A DNA stretch of 51,500 nucleotides from Candidatus Woesearchaeota archaeon (lineage in GTDB: Archaea; Nanobdellota; Nanobdellia; Woesearchaeales; UBA9642): contig JAWANI010000004.1 in the NCBI GenBank assembly GCA_038895475.1, positions 1 through 51,500 of the forward strand. Reading direction: 5' to 3'. Shown in pieces: positions 28,639 to 38,962 of the stretch; positions within the stretch are counted from its first letter, which is position 1, and each line of letters begins with the position of its first letter. The notes under the pieces were generated by a model that had not been told where the DNA came from, did no database searches, and saw nothing but the letters and a program-made list of their open reading frames with translations. A program made the translations under genes and the position numbers.

Positions 28639-29946
28639 TTACGGTGTTACTCTCAACATTGTTCTCGGGAATGGTATTGCGTCTTTAATATTTTCAAGAT
28701 GGCATATCCAGCTTATTAATCTTTCTACACCCATTCCAAATCCTCCATGAGGTACTGATCCATATCTTCTTGTGTCTAGGTAGAATTCGTACTTGCTCGG
28801 GTCTTCTCCTTGTTCTATTAATCTTTGTTTTATTTTCTCTAAATCACTCTCTCTTTCGCTTCCACCAATTATTTCTCCATAACCCTCTGGTGCTATAAAA
28901 TCACATCCATGTACAACTTCAGGATTTTCATCATCTTCTTTCATATAGAATGCCTTGACTTTTTTAGGATAATTTGTTATTATTGTGAAATGTTCGTGAG
29001 CTTTACTTATTATATCTTCCTCTATTGTTCTTAAGTCTTCACCCCATTCAAATTCTATCTTGTGTTTTTCTTTTAATTCTTTTACTGCATCATCGTATGT
29101 CATTCTAATGAATGGTGTATCCCTAACCTTTTCCAATATTTTTGTATCCCTATTTAATATTTTTAGTTCTTCCTGATTTTTTTCTAGAACACGCTTTACA
29201 CAATGTTTTATCAACGCTTCACCATAATCTTGAATGTCTTTAAATGTTGCCCATGCAACTTCCATTTCTGCATGCCAGTATTCTGTTAAATGTCTTGATG
29301 TTTTTGATTTTTCTGCCCTAAAACTTGGTGCAATAGTATATATCTTTTCAAGTGCAAAGATTGCGGGTTCAGCATAGAGTTGCCATGTTTGTGCTAAATA
29401 AACTGGTTTACCGAAATAATTCACAGAAAAAAGCGTAGAACCACCTTCGCACTGTGTTGCTTGAAATATTGGACTTTGATATTCATAGAAACCGTTACTT
29501 CTAAAATATTCATGTATTGCTTCAAATACAGTTGATCTTATTTTTAGTATTGAAGTCATGTATCTGCTTCTTAACCATAAATGTTTTAAGTCTGCAAGAA
29601 GTTCAGTTGATTGGTCTTTTTGGATAGGCCAACCTATGCTTTCTCCTATTAATTTTATTTCTTTAACTTTTATTTCATATCCTGTTGGGGCTCTTTTGTC
29701 TTCAACTATTTCTCCTGATAACTCCATTGATGCTTCAACATCTATCTTTAAAGCATCATTCCATGATTGTTCTGATACTTTATCTTTTTCTACAACGCAT
29801 TGTATTATATCTGTTGAATCCCTAAGGACTATGAATCGTAATGCATTATTTCCTCTAGCCCTATAACACCATCCTCTAAGATGTACTAGTCCCTGACTTT
29901 TCTTCATTGCTTCTTTTATTGATATATATTTATTCATTATACTCAT
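28639..29946 (-). CDS. asnS: Asparaginyl-tRNA synthetase
   Basis: LRGW, FIVLRD, CEGGSTLF, YLAQTWQLY, FRAEKSKTSRHLTEY, GEIIGGSERE, PHGGFGMGVER; start may be 29946 or 29937. Confidence 0.93.
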   Translation of the reverse strand: MSIMNKYISIKEAMKKSQGLVHLRGWCYRARGNNALRFIVLRDSTDIIQCVVEKDKVSEQSWNDALKIDVEASMELSGEIVEDKRAPTGYEIKVKEIKLIGESIGWPIQKDQSTELLADLKHLWLRSRYMTSILKIRSTVFEAIHEYFRSNGFYEYQSPIFQATQCEGGSTLFSVNYFGKPVYLAQTWQLYAEPAIFALEKIYTIAPSFRAEKSKTSRHLTEYWHAEMEVAWATFKDIQDYGEALIKHCVKRVLEKNQEELKILNRDTKILEKVRDTPFIRMTYDDAVKELKEKHKIEFEWGEDLRTIEEDIISKAHEHFTIITNYPKKVKAFYMKEDDENPEVVHGCDFIAPEGYGEIIGGSERESDLEKIKQRLIEQGEDPSKYEFYLDTRRYGSVPHGGFGMGVERLISWICHLENIKDAIPFPRTMLRVTP

Positions 29947-30016
29947 TGTTAAAATATTTTTTTCTTTCATTTAAAAACTTTTTTATATTTTTTGTTTAGT
30001 TAATTTATAGCTTTTT

Positions 30017-30622
30017 TTAACTAATTGTTTTAAATCGGCTTTCGTATGGTAACTCGTATGATTCTTGTTTTTTAGCAATAACATCTATTTTTACTATTTT
30101 AATTGCATCACTTTGTGTTTCGCTATATGATCCTATTACTAGTTTTCCTTCCTGTTCTTCTAAAATTTTAATGCATACAGGATATCCAGTTACGCTTTTT
30201 ATTTTTTCTTCTGTTAATTTGATATCACTTCTTTTCATTCCAGTGATACTTGTTTCGTGTTTTTTTATGTCTAATGGTGGTGAAACAAATAAGGTTTCAA
30301 GAGTTTTATCTTTAATTACATAACATGTAGAACTTTGAATGTATTGCTTATCTTTGTCCATTATAAGTGATGCCGTTCTAAGTGCGTATACTTCATATAA
30401 CTGACCTTTATCGTATCCTTTAAAGGAACATTTTTGTATTCGCAAGTATTGTTCTTGTTTTTTTATTATGTGTTCTAAGCCTTTTTCTATTGATTCTATT
30501 TTTTTTTCTTCTAAAAGTTTTTTTAGTTGTCCAAATTTTGGATCTATCTCTCTTTCAAATATTTGTTTATATTTTTTTTGATCTTCGGAAAGTTCCATTT
30601 TTTCTTTTATCATTTTAAACAT
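30017..30622 (-). CDS. Hypothetical protein
   Basis: 201-aa ORF with AGGAG near the start; no recognised motif. Confidence 0.7.
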   Translation of the reverse strand: MFKMIKEKMELSEDQKKYKQIFEREIDPKFGQLKKLLEEKKIESIEKGLEHIIKKQEQYLRIQKCSFKGYDKGQLYEVYALRTASLIMDKDKQYIQSSTCYVIKDKTLETLFVSPPLDIKKHETSITGMKRSDIKLTEEKIKSVTGYPVCIKILEEQEGKLVIGSYSETQSDAIKIVKIDVIAKKQESYELPYESRFKTIS

Positions 30623-30752
30623 CTCCTAATTTTCTTATGTTTTATTTCACTATTAAATAGTAATATAAGTTTATATATTTATTTCTTAAATTATGGTAAA
30701 AAATAATAAAAAATAATAAAATTTATATATAAAATGGAACAAATGTTCTATT

Positions 30753-31214
30753 ATGGAAGAAAATATAAAACATATTGATGAGAAAGATTACAAAATAATT
30801 GAAATATTAAAGGATCATGCAGATTTCACAACAAGACAGATAGCAAAAAAAACATTATTACCCATAACCACTGTTCATAACAGAATAAAAAAACTACGTT
30901 CTTTAGGGGTAATAAAAAAATATACTGTTGAGTTAGATAATTATGTTATAGGAAAAAATTTTATGGCATATATATTAATTTCTGTAGATATTAAATTATT
31001 GAAAGAAAAAAGAAAAACTCAATATGACCTAATTAATGATTTAAAAAAATTTTATTTTATAGAAAGAGCAGATGTTGTGACAGGAGGCACAGACATAGTT
31101 GCAATTATGAGAGTTAGAGATGTGGAAGAATTTGATAAATGTTTATTAACTAAGTTGCAGTTGATTGAAGGTATAGAAAAAACTCAATCATTGATAGTAA
31201 TACATAGTAAATAA
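30753..31214 (+). CDS. Lrp/AsnC transcriptional regulator
   Basis: IDEKDYKII, TTVHNRIKKL...GVI, VTGGTD. Confidence 0.93.
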   Translation: MEENIKHIDEKDYKIIEILKDHADFTTRQIAKKTLLPITTVHNRIKKLRSLGVIKKYTVELDNYVIGKNFMAYILISVDIKLLKEKRKTQYDLINDLKKFYFIERADVVTGGTDIVAIMRVRDVEEFDKCLLTKLQLIEGIEKTQSLIVIHSK

Positions 31215-31234
31215 ATCACTATTTTATAAGATAA

Positions 31235-31468
31235 TTATTTTTTCCTTTTAGATGTCTTTTTTGTAGTTTCTGTTTTTTTTGTTTTATTCACTTTACATGT
31301 GTTTATGCCTAATAATGAATATAATCCACACCAGCCTAGTAATGCTGTTATTAATGCTATTGCTGCAATTATAAACCACCATGGACTATATAAGAATCCT
31401 AAAATAATGAATATTATCGCTATGATAAATCTTATCATCCTATCAATCATTCCAACATTTTCATTCAT
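31235..31468 (-). CDS. DUF2892 (YgaP-like) membrane protein
   Basis: NVGMIDRMIR, GWCGLYSLLGINTC; GGTGA RBS before ATG 31468. Confidence 0.88.
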   Translation of the reverse strand: MNENVGMIDRMIRFIIAIIFIILGFLYSPWWFIIAAIALITALLGWCGLYSLLGINTCKVNKTKKTETTKKTSKRKK

Positions 31469-31589
31469 GGGCATCACCAATTACTTTATAGTGATTAATA
31501 TTTATAAAGTTGTTTATTTTTTAATAGTTTAATGTTTTTTAATTATTTTTTTAATCATATTTTTAAATTGTTTTGATTTTGCTTTTTTT

Positions 31590-32720
31590 ATGTCTTTTAA
31601 GATAACAAAAAAAGATAAATATAGTAAAGCAAGAATTGGTAAGTTAATAACAAGGCATGGTTCTGTAGAAACACCTTATTTTATGGCCGTAGCTACAAAA
31701 GCAACCGGAAAGATTATCGGTTCTGATGATTATGAAGAGATTGCTGATGGAATAATATGTAATGCATTAGTTCTTAGTTTAAGACCTGGTGTTGATGTAA
31801 TCAAACATTTTGGTACAGTTCATGATTTTATGAATTTTCATAAACCAATTTTTACTGATTGTGGCGGCTTTCAGATTTTGAGAGAGAGTTTTATTAATAA
31901 CACTTCAAAAAAAGGAATTCATTTTAGGAATCCTTTTAATGGTCAAAATTTTGTTATTACGCCAAAAAAAATTATGGATATAGAAATGTCTATTGGGGCT
32001 GATTGTGTAATGATGCTCGATGATGTTGCACCATATGGTGCAAACAGGGAGAAGGTTGAGGAAAGCCTTGAGAATACTCGTCGTTGGGCTAAGGAATGTA
32101 AAAAATATCATGGTGATAAAAATCAGATGCTTTATGGTATTGTTCAAGGAGGTTTTTTTCCAGACTTGAGAAAAAAATCCGCACAATTTATTAATTCTCT
32201 AGATTTTGATGGAATAGCAATAGGAGGAATTGCAATAGGTGAAACAAGGGAAGAAATGTATATTGCAGTTAATTCTTCTATGCCTTTTCTAGATGAAGAA
32301 AAGCCTAAACATATTTTGGGTGTTGGTAGTCCTGATGATATAGTTGAATTGGTTGCATTAGGTGCTGATAGTTTTGATTCAGTATTTCCTACACAGAATG
32401 CAAGGCATGGGACATTATTTACTTTTAATGGTAAATTAGATATTTTAAAGTCTTTGTATACTAATGACTTATCACCTATAGAAAAAGGATGCGGCTGTTT
32501 TGTTTGTAAAAAATATTCTCGTGCTTACATACGGCATTTATTGAAGGTTAATGAGCCTATTGGTAAAAGATATTGTTCTGTTCATAATGTTTTTTTTATG
32601 AATGAATTAATGAGGAGAATTAGAAAAAGTATAAGGAATGGCGATTTTGAAAAATTAAGGAAGCACATAATTAAGGTTTATCGTAGGAATTTTAATGTGG
32701 GTGTAAATGTTAAACAATAG
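31590..32720 (+). CDS. tgt: tRNA-guanine transglycosylase, bacterial/eukaryotic (position 34) type
   Basis: ARIG, ETPYFM, TDCGGFQ, GIVQGG, DSFDSVFPT, CGCFVC zinc site, HN; no PUA domain. Confidence 0.92.
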   Translation: MSFKITKKDKYSKARIGKLITRHGSVETPYFMAVATKATGKIIGSDDYEEIADGIICNALVLSLRPGVDVIKHFGTVHDFMNFHKPIFTDCGGFQILRESFINNTSKKGIHFRNPFNGQNFVITPKKIMDIEMSIGADCVMMLDDVAPYGANREKVEESLENTRRWAKECKKYHGDKNQMLYGIVQGGFFPDLRKKSAQFINSLDFDGIAIGGIAIGETREEMYIAVNSSMPFLDEEKPKHILGVGSPDDIVELVALGADSFDSVFPTQNARHGTLFTFNGKLDILKSLYTNDLSPIEKGCGCFVCKKYSRAYIRHLLKVNEPIGKRYCSVHNVFFMNELMRRIRKSIRNGDFEKLRKHIIKVYRRNFNVGVNVKQ

Positions 32721-32789
32721 CAAGTTTTAACTATTGTGGAGTGGTTATTATTAGTAAAATTTTTAAATAGACTATATTTTCTTATATTT

Positions 32790-33488
32790 ATGAATGAAAG
32801 AAAACTATACGCTTTGCCTAAAATAGACTTGTTAGAAGTAAAAAAATCAGAGTTAAAAAAAATAATAAGTACTAAAAAATCTTATAAAAATTCAGAAAGC
32901 ATTACATTAGAGCATTATATAAAAATAGAGGATAAAGATTTTTTATTAGGAAATACAAAAGTAAATATTGATTCTTCTGAAAAATTTTTATACATCGATT
33001 TTGATCCTTTTTCTGAATTAATAGATGAACGGAAAGTAATAGATTATTTCATCGATGAGCAAAAAAAAGACAGGATATATTTAATGAATATTGCTGATTT
33101 AATAATTAAAAAATCCAAGGACAGAGAATTGTCTTCTTATAGATTTATATCTAAGGTAAAAAATCATGATTTAAATAAGGAAAGTGTTGTCAATGAATTA
33201 ATTGATGCTGAGGCGATGATAAAGAATTATAGGGGGAGATTTGATATTGTGGCAAATATGCAATCATCTGAATATATTAGGGACACTTTTGGTTTTTCAG
33301 CAGATAAGTTTTTTGTAGAACAGGTAAATTTAGATCCTTACTGGAAAGAAACATTAAAAAAAATGAATATTAATTCTGGAAAATCATGGTATCCTTTTAT
33401 GAAATCAGCAGGTTTTCATGTAACCGAATCCTTTTATCTTTATGAAAATAAAATATTAAAATATGCTAAAAATGAAGGTTTTTTATAA
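32790..33488 (+). CDS. Hypothetical protein
   Basis: Long ORF with a TATA box about 20 nt upstream of ATG 32790. Confidence 0.7.
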   Translation: MNERKLYALPKIDLLEVKKSELKKIISTKKSYKNSESITLEHYIKIEDKDFLLGNTKVNIDSSEKFLYIDFDPFSELIDERKVIDYFIDEQKKDRIYLMNIADLIIKKSKDRELSSYRFISKVKNHDLNKESVVNELIDAEAMIKNYRGRFDIVANMQSSEYIRDTFGFSADKFFVEQVNLDPYWKETLKKMNINSGKSWYPFMKSAGFHVTESFYLYENKILKYAKNEGFL

Positions 33489-33510
33489 AATTATTTTTAT
33501 TAATATGAGA

Positions 33511-34221
33511 TTATTTTTTGATTATCTTTTTTAAAAATCCCATCAAGGCGTATGCTTCCCTTTTGCTAAGCATTGATTTTCCTATTATCTTTTTCCATAA
33601 TATTTTTTGTGTTTCTCTTTTTTCTTCTGTTGAAAAATACATTTCGTTCAGAATTTCGTTTATCATTTTTTCTATCTGTTCTTTTTCTTTATTGCTTATA
33701 GGTTTAATATGACTTACAGAGGTTATTTTTTGTTTTTTAAATAGTTCATATAATATTATTGCTGTTGCATGACTTACATTCAATGTTCCGTATTTTTTTG
33801 ATGCAGGTATTGTTATAGTAAAATCACACATTCTTATTTCTTCATTTTTTAAGCCTATGCCTTCTCTTCCTATAAGTATGCCTATTTTTGTTTTTTTACT
33901 GATTTTCGAAATTTTTTCAGAAAATTCTTCAGGAGTTATTGGTGTTCTTGAAATGTTATAGTCGCTTCCTGTTTTTGCCGTTGTAGCTATAATGTAATCA
34001 AATTGTTTTTTGAGTTTTTTTATGTCGTATTCTGTTTTTTTTATTTTTTTTATTAAGTCTTTTCCCCATTTGGCTCTTTTTTTTATTTCCTCTAAATTTT
34101 TGTTTATATCGAATTTCGGGTTTATAAGAATTATTGAATTAAAGTCAAAGTTTTTCATTATTCTTAATATTGCTCCAGTATTTCCAGGATTTTCTGGTTC
34201 CATCAGTATTATTGTTATCAT
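33511..34221 (-). CDS. trmJ: TrmJ/LasT-family SPOUT RNA methyltransferase
   Basis: EPENPGNTGAILRIMKNF, GREGIGL, TLNVSHA, YEL. Confidence 0.88.
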   Translation of the reverse strand: MITIILMEPENPGNTGAILRIMKNFDFNSIILINPKFDINKNLEEIKKRAKWGKDLIKKIKKTEYDIKKLKKQFDYIIATTAKTGSDYNISRTPITPEEFSEKISKISKKTKIGILIGREGIGLKNEEIRMCDFTITIPASKKYGTLNVSHATAIILYELFKKQKITSVSHIKPISNKEKEQIEKMINEILNEMYFSTEEKRETQKILWKKIIGKSMLSKREAYALMGFLKKIIKK

Positions 34222-34417
34222 TTTTTGGTTTGGTATTTGTTTTTTTGTTTAGTGTATGTTGTTTCGGTTTTCTTTATATTTTTTTATATTTATTATTTAT
34301 ATCATGAAGTATATTAAGTATGGTTAAAATTAGAAAAATTTATAAGGAGATATTTATTACTTTTAAGTAAATACATTTAAATATATGGATTTTAATTAAA
34401 AAATTTTATTGAATAAA

Positions 34418-35665
34418 ATGAGCGAAGATTTATCAAGTCAAAAAATGCAGGCAGCATACGATTTCATAAAGAGTGTGCTAACAAAAAAATATCCTCATTA
34501 TGATGTTCTTAAAGATTTATTTGGCACAAGAACAAAACATGTTTTAAATGCAATAGATTGGTTTTGGGAGGATAAAGAATTAGTTTTAGGAAAAGAACTC
34601 AGAAGAAAAGAGGATCCAGTACCTAGAGAAATAGCTTATGCAAGATATAAAATTGAGAAAGATGCATTAATTGATGAACTAGATTTTTATGTTCATACAC
34701 AACAAAAACCCCCAACAGATTTAATGAAAATAATATATGAAGAATATGCAGAAAAAGTAATAAAAGTATATGATTATTATAACGAAGCAGGATTAATGAG
34801 GGAGAGCGGCATACCTGCATCAACACACCCCCATAATCTTTCTATAACGGCATATTCAATGGGTTTTGATGTTATAGGCAGAACGGGTTTGGTTTATCAT
34901 GACGTTCCGGAAGATTTATTTGTGTTTTTAACAAAAAAATACAACATGAAAAACGATCTAGATGCATATGATGAATTTATACAAAGATTTATACCTGAAA
35001 AACTAACATTACATATTAATGCAATAACTAACAAATATGATACAATAATAAAAACATTGGAAGATAAACTAAAAAATGTAAATGTAAGTATGATTTCTGC
35101 TGGGGAAGGGCAATTAAAAGGTTTAAAGTTTAACAAAAAAAACGTTCTAGAAGTCTTAGGAACAATAAAAGTAAAAGGGGTATTGGAAAAATACGTATAT
35201 AGAACTTCAGAGATAATAAATGAGTTAAATGATTCTGAAGATTTTTTAGAAAGATTAAAATGGGCCTGTTATAGAGATTATATAAAAGATATTGCAGATA
35301 TTTGTATTGAAAATAAAAATTTCTTAGCCTTTGACATGAAAGGAATAGACTTACATTATAATAGTGTTGGCAGAGAAGCAGTTAAAATGAGCAGCAGAAT
35401 AAAAAATGCATTAAAATGCATGACTTGGGTTAATAAAGGGTATGAAATACACACTAATTATCTGCCATTAAATAATCATATAATGGAAATTGCAGACAAC
35501 ACACTAACATATGCATATGATGTGGTATCAAGAGATTTAATAAAAAACATATATATTTCTTCATTTCTTTTCAGAGCATTTAGAAATTTAAAACAATTAA
35601 CACCAATATTTTTCAATGACATAGATACAGATTATAAACTAAAACATTCAGAACAAATAATATAA
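34418..35665 (+). CDS. RelA/SpoT-type HD-domain protein, paralog A
   Basis: RESGIP..THP, HDVPED, IT, KGIDLHYN match RxSGxP/H/HDxxED/LT/KxxDxxxN. Confidence 0.72.
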   Translation: MSEDLSSQKMQAAYDFIKSVLTKKYPHYDVLKDLFGTRTKHVLNAIDWFWEDKELVLGKELRRKEDPVPREIAYARYKIEKDALIDELDFYVHTQQKPPTDLMKIIYEEYAEKVIKVYDYYNEAGLMRESGIPASTHPHNLSITAYSMGFDVIGRTGLVYHDVPEDLFVFLTKKYNMKNDLDAYDEFIQRFIPEKLTLHINAITNKYDTIIKTLEDKLKNVNVSMISAGEGQLKGLKFNKKNVLEVLGTIKVKGVLEKYVYRTSEIINELNDSEDFLERLKWACYRDYIKDIADICIENKNFLAFDMKGIDLHYNSVGREAVKMSSRIKNALKCMTWVNKGYEIHTNYLPLNNHIMEIADNTLTYAYDVVSRDLIKNIYISSFLFRAFRNLKQLTPIFFNDIDTDYKLKHSEQII

Positions 35666-35668
35666 CTA

Positions 35669-35704
35669 TAAAAGGATGTCTAAAAGGATATGTAAAAGGA
35701 TGTG
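35669..35704 (+). repeat. Three 12-bp tandem repeats TAAAAGGAT(G/A)T(C/G)
   Basis: taaaaggatgtc-taaaaggatatg-taaaaggatgtg. Confidence 0.85.
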
Positions 35705-35782
35705 CAGTGTCTCTTCGGTAATATCTTAATCCAGTATTATTTTTTTAAATAAATATTTAAACTATTTAATATTACTTTCACT

Positions 35783-36997
35783 ATGAGGTATACTGATGAG
35801 ATTGTTTCTTTAAAAAAGAGCCCAAGGTATAAATATGCTAAATTGGTTTTAGATTCTTTATTAAGAAATAATATCCCTGATGAAAGAGTATTAAAAAAAT
35901 TATATCGTAATTCTTATAAGAAGATAGAGTATTTATCTAAAAATTTTTTGATAGATAAAAATCCAGGCATTGTCAGGGAACATGATGTTGATGCACCTAC
36001 AAGTATAAGTGATGCAAGATTAAGAGTTGCCAAAAATAAAAATTTTCAAAATATACAAAGCAGTCTTTTGGAGTTTAATGTTCCAGAGGGCAAATATTTA
36101 AAAAAATTTTTTGGAAAATATTCAGAAGCGGTATCTTTATCTTATGGGTTGTTTATTAAAGAGAAAAAACTTAGAAAATCAGGAATAAGTATGGCCTGTC
36201 ATCATAACAGGGTTGCTTGCACATTTTACGAATTAAAAAAAGATTCTGGAGAAATAGAATTCTATTCCTCAATTGCTGCTTTGCACGATATAATAGAAGA
36301 TTTAATGTACAGTTTAAAGGATGAGTATGGCAACAGGTATACTATAGAGAATTATCAAGAATTTGTTGATAAATTAATACCTAAAGAATTGCAGTCTTCC
36401 ATTAAACTTCTTACAAATCATTATGATATGATCTTAAAATATGTGGATTATCATTTAGACAGAAGAGGAAAAAGATTTAATAAAGAAAATGTTTTAGAGT
36501 TTTTAAAACTTTTAGATTATCAGGCATATACTGATTTAAAAGAATATATAATAGAAATAATTCATACAATAGAATCAACCCCTTATGAAGAAAAATCCAG
36601 CAAGAATTATCTTGAAGATATGAAATGGAAATTTTATGTAGAAAAATACATACCAGAAATTGTTAAAAAAAGTTATTTAGATAATGCACACAGAATATTG
36701 CTTATAAAAATTGTTGATTTGTCAGACAATAATCATGGTTTAGATAGCATGGATCTGCCAAGTAAAATAAAAAATATAAGAAAATCTGTTATAACGGCAG
36801 ATTTGGTAGAAACTTTAGACAAAAATAAAGACCTATACCATTATATTAGAGAAATAAGAGAAGATTCTTTGGTTAAAGCAGAGCATTTAGTTATTAAAGA
36901 CTTAATGCATTTAGAATCTTGTCAGGATTTTTTTGTGGATGCATTATTAAAGATAAAAAATATGAATGATGTCTTCTATAAAAGTGAAATAATTTAA
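35783..36997 (+). CDS. RelA/SpoT-type HD-domain protein, paralog B
   Basis: RKSGIS..CHH, AALHDIIED, LLT, LIKIVDLSDN. Confidence 0.78.
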   Translation: MRYTDEIVSLKKSPRYKYAKLVLDSLLRNNIPDERVLKKLYRNSYKKIEYLSKNFLIDKNPGIVREHDVDAPTSISDARLRVAKNKNFQNIQSSLLEFNVPEGKYLKKFFGKYSEAVSLSYGLFIKEKKLRKSGISMACHHNRVACTFYELKKDSGEIEFYSSIAALHDIIEDLMYSLKDEYGNRYTIENYQEFVDKLIPKELQSSIKLLTNHYDMILKYVDYHLDRRGKRFNKENVLEFLKLLDYQAYTDLKEYIIEIIHTIESTPYEEKSSKNYLEDMKWKFYVEKYIPEIVKKSYLDNAHRILLIKIVDLSDNNHGLDSMDLPSKIKNIRKSVITADLVETLDKNKDLYHYIREIREDSLVKAEHLVIKDLMHLESCQDFFVDALLKIKNMNDVFYKSEII

Positions 36998-37027
36998 ATT
37001 TTATAAAATTAAATTATAAGATTAAAT

Positions 37028-38209
37028 TTATACTTTAAATATTATGGTTTTAATTATTGGTACGAACAACAGTATTAATAACGAGATTAATGTCAACCAA
37101 CTTATAATTAACCATGCTTTTTTCCCTTTTTCTTCACCTTTTATGTTTGTTAATGCAGTATAAAGCATTCTTCCACCATCAACAGGTCCTAATGGAAGAA
37201 GATTTGCTAGACCTATTCCCAAACTTAATATGAATATCCATTCGAAAAGATTTGCAATTATAAATATTATTTCATAGGGTATTTTTAGTCTCTCATTTTT
37301 AACAGTATATTCTGTTTTTATTCCAGCAACTCCCAAATAACCTTTTTCTCCTCCGTTCGGATTTTTTCCTAAAATTATAGAAACACTCTTGTTTTCATTC
37401 GATAAAGTAATATTGTCTCCGGGAGATTTGCATGATAAAAAGTTCATTAAATCAGTTGTTTCCCTTAATTCTTTATCATTTATTTTGGTATATAATATAT
37501 TTTTTTCCAATCCATATATTTCTGCTGGTTGTCCTGGCTGTATTGATGTAAAAGTTATGCCTTTTGGTTCAACCATGGAATATAATAATGGATTCAGTAT
37601 TAAGATTAATATTAAGAATATTATTGCAGACAGTATTGCATTAAAAAACGGTCCGGATGCAAAAATGGATATTTGTTTTGCTGAATCTGATTTTTGTATT
37701 TTTTTCTCATCAGGTTCTACGAATGCACCGGGCAAGGGTCCAAAAAATACAAATCCAGTGGATTTTATAGGGATTCCATGTGCCCTAGCAACTATACCAT
37801 GTCCAAACTCATGAATTAATATCACTATGAACAATGCAATTATACCATACCAAAATGGTACAAATATCGGGCTTCCAGGGATTTTAACTCCGGGTATAAC
37901 AGGAGAAACAACCGGTGCAGCAGTAGGTATAAATATTAATTCATAAATACCTTTTATAAAAAAACTTATTATAATAAGCATGCCTATAAAACCGACACCT
38001 ATGGCAGAATATCCTATTATTTTTACTAATTCCTTATTTTTTTCAGAAAACTTATCTATTGTTTTTATTCCCCATTTTGTCCTATAAATTAATATTATCT
38101 TGTTTTCTAACTGCCATTTTTTTCTGTTAATATATATTAGTATTGCAATAGAAAGATAAAACAGCAATACCCAAATATCAACATATTTTGCTATCCATTC
38201 AACAACCAT
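37028..38209 (-). CDS. Site-2 protease (M50) with PDZ-like insert
   Basis: HEFGH, GAFVEP, ASGPFFN, NLLPLGPVDGG. Confidence 0.95.
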   Translation of the reverse strand: MVVEWIAKYVDIWVLLFYLSIAILIYINRKKWQLENKIILIYRTKWGIKTIDKFSEKNKELVKIIGYSAIGVGFIGMLIIISFFIKGIYELIFIPTAAPVVSPVIPGVKIPGSPIFVPFWYGIIALFIVILIHEFGHGIVARAHGIPIKSTGFVFFGPLPGAFVEPDEKKIQKSDSAKQISIFASGPFFNAILSAIIFLILILILNPLLYSMVEPKGITFTSIQPGQPAEIYGLEKNILYTKINDKELRETTDLMNFLSCKSPGDNITLSNENKSVSIILGKNPNGGEKGYLGVAGIKTEYTVKNERLKIPYEIIFIIANLFEWIFILSLGIGLANLLPLGPVDGGRMLYTALTNIKGEEKGKKAWLIISWLTLISLLILLFVPIIKTIIFKV

Positions 38210-38240
38210 TTTTTAGAACCATCAATATTGCTTTATAAAT

Positions 38241-38402
38241 TTATTTTTTTCTGACAGGCCTTAATGCTTTGCTGTTACATTTTCTGCATTTAACTTTTTT
38301 TGCAAGAATTTTCATATTGTCAGATCTTATCTTGGTTTTACAATTTCTGCAAACAAATACGTTTTTGTATAATCTTACATTTGCTTCTGGAAACTTTACC
38401 AT
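38241..38402 (-). CDS. rpl40e: 50S ribosomal protein L40e, absent from the ORF track
   Basis: MVKFPEANVRLYKNVFVCRNCK...KCRKCNSKALRPVRKK. Confidence 0.93.
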   Translation of the reverse strand: MVKFPEANVRLYKNVFVCRNCKTKIRSDNMKILAKKVKCRKCNSKALRPVRKK

Positions 38403-38408
38403 TTTTTA

Positions 38409-38807
38409 TCACTCTGGCTTAACTTGTTTCATAACTTTATCATTCAATATTATCCAGTATAAAACATTAACGCCTTCTTTACAACTATCCTTTAATTCTT
38501 CAGGTATTTTTAAATCAAAGGTTTCAAAACTTTCTGAATCCATGACATTTGCAGTATCTCCATTAATACTTAAAACTTGAGCCGTCTTTTTTTCTATTAT
38601 AGGAACATCTATATTGTCATGTCCAGGCATTACTACTTCTCTTTTTTTTCCATCTATTATTCCAACAGCCACAAGCCTTACTTTTGCATGTCCATGTTTT
38701 CCCGGTCTTGATGTTTGAGTATCAGTAACAACACATGCAGCACCATCTATGACTACATAGTTACCTTTTTGCAATGAACCGACAGACTTAGGTACTGTGT
38801 CACCCAT
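38409..38807 (-). CDS. eif5a: Translation factor aIF-5A
   Basis: PGKHGHAK hypusine site; GGTGA RBS before ATG 38807. Confidence 0.96.
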   Translation of the reverse strand: MGDTVPKSVGSLQKGNYVVIDGAACVVTDTQTSRPGKHGHAKVRLVAVGIIDGKKREVVMPGHDNIDVPIIEKKTAQVLSINGDTANVMDSESFETFDLKIPEELKDSCKEGVNVLYWIILNDKVMKQVKPE

Positions 38808-38962
38808 CAATATCACCATTAATTTTTATAGTGATAGAAAAATCGGTCGATTTATAAATGTTTTGTGTTATAAACTTAGAAATATATCAATAATATTTTT
38901 TTATATATATGTATAATAAATAATTTTTATAATAAATATTTTAATTATGTTTTTAATTTTAA

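Noticed and set aside
35669-35704. Repeats as a CRISPR array
   Set aside because: 12-bp units with no spacers and no cas genes; no CRISPR-like array seen in the window
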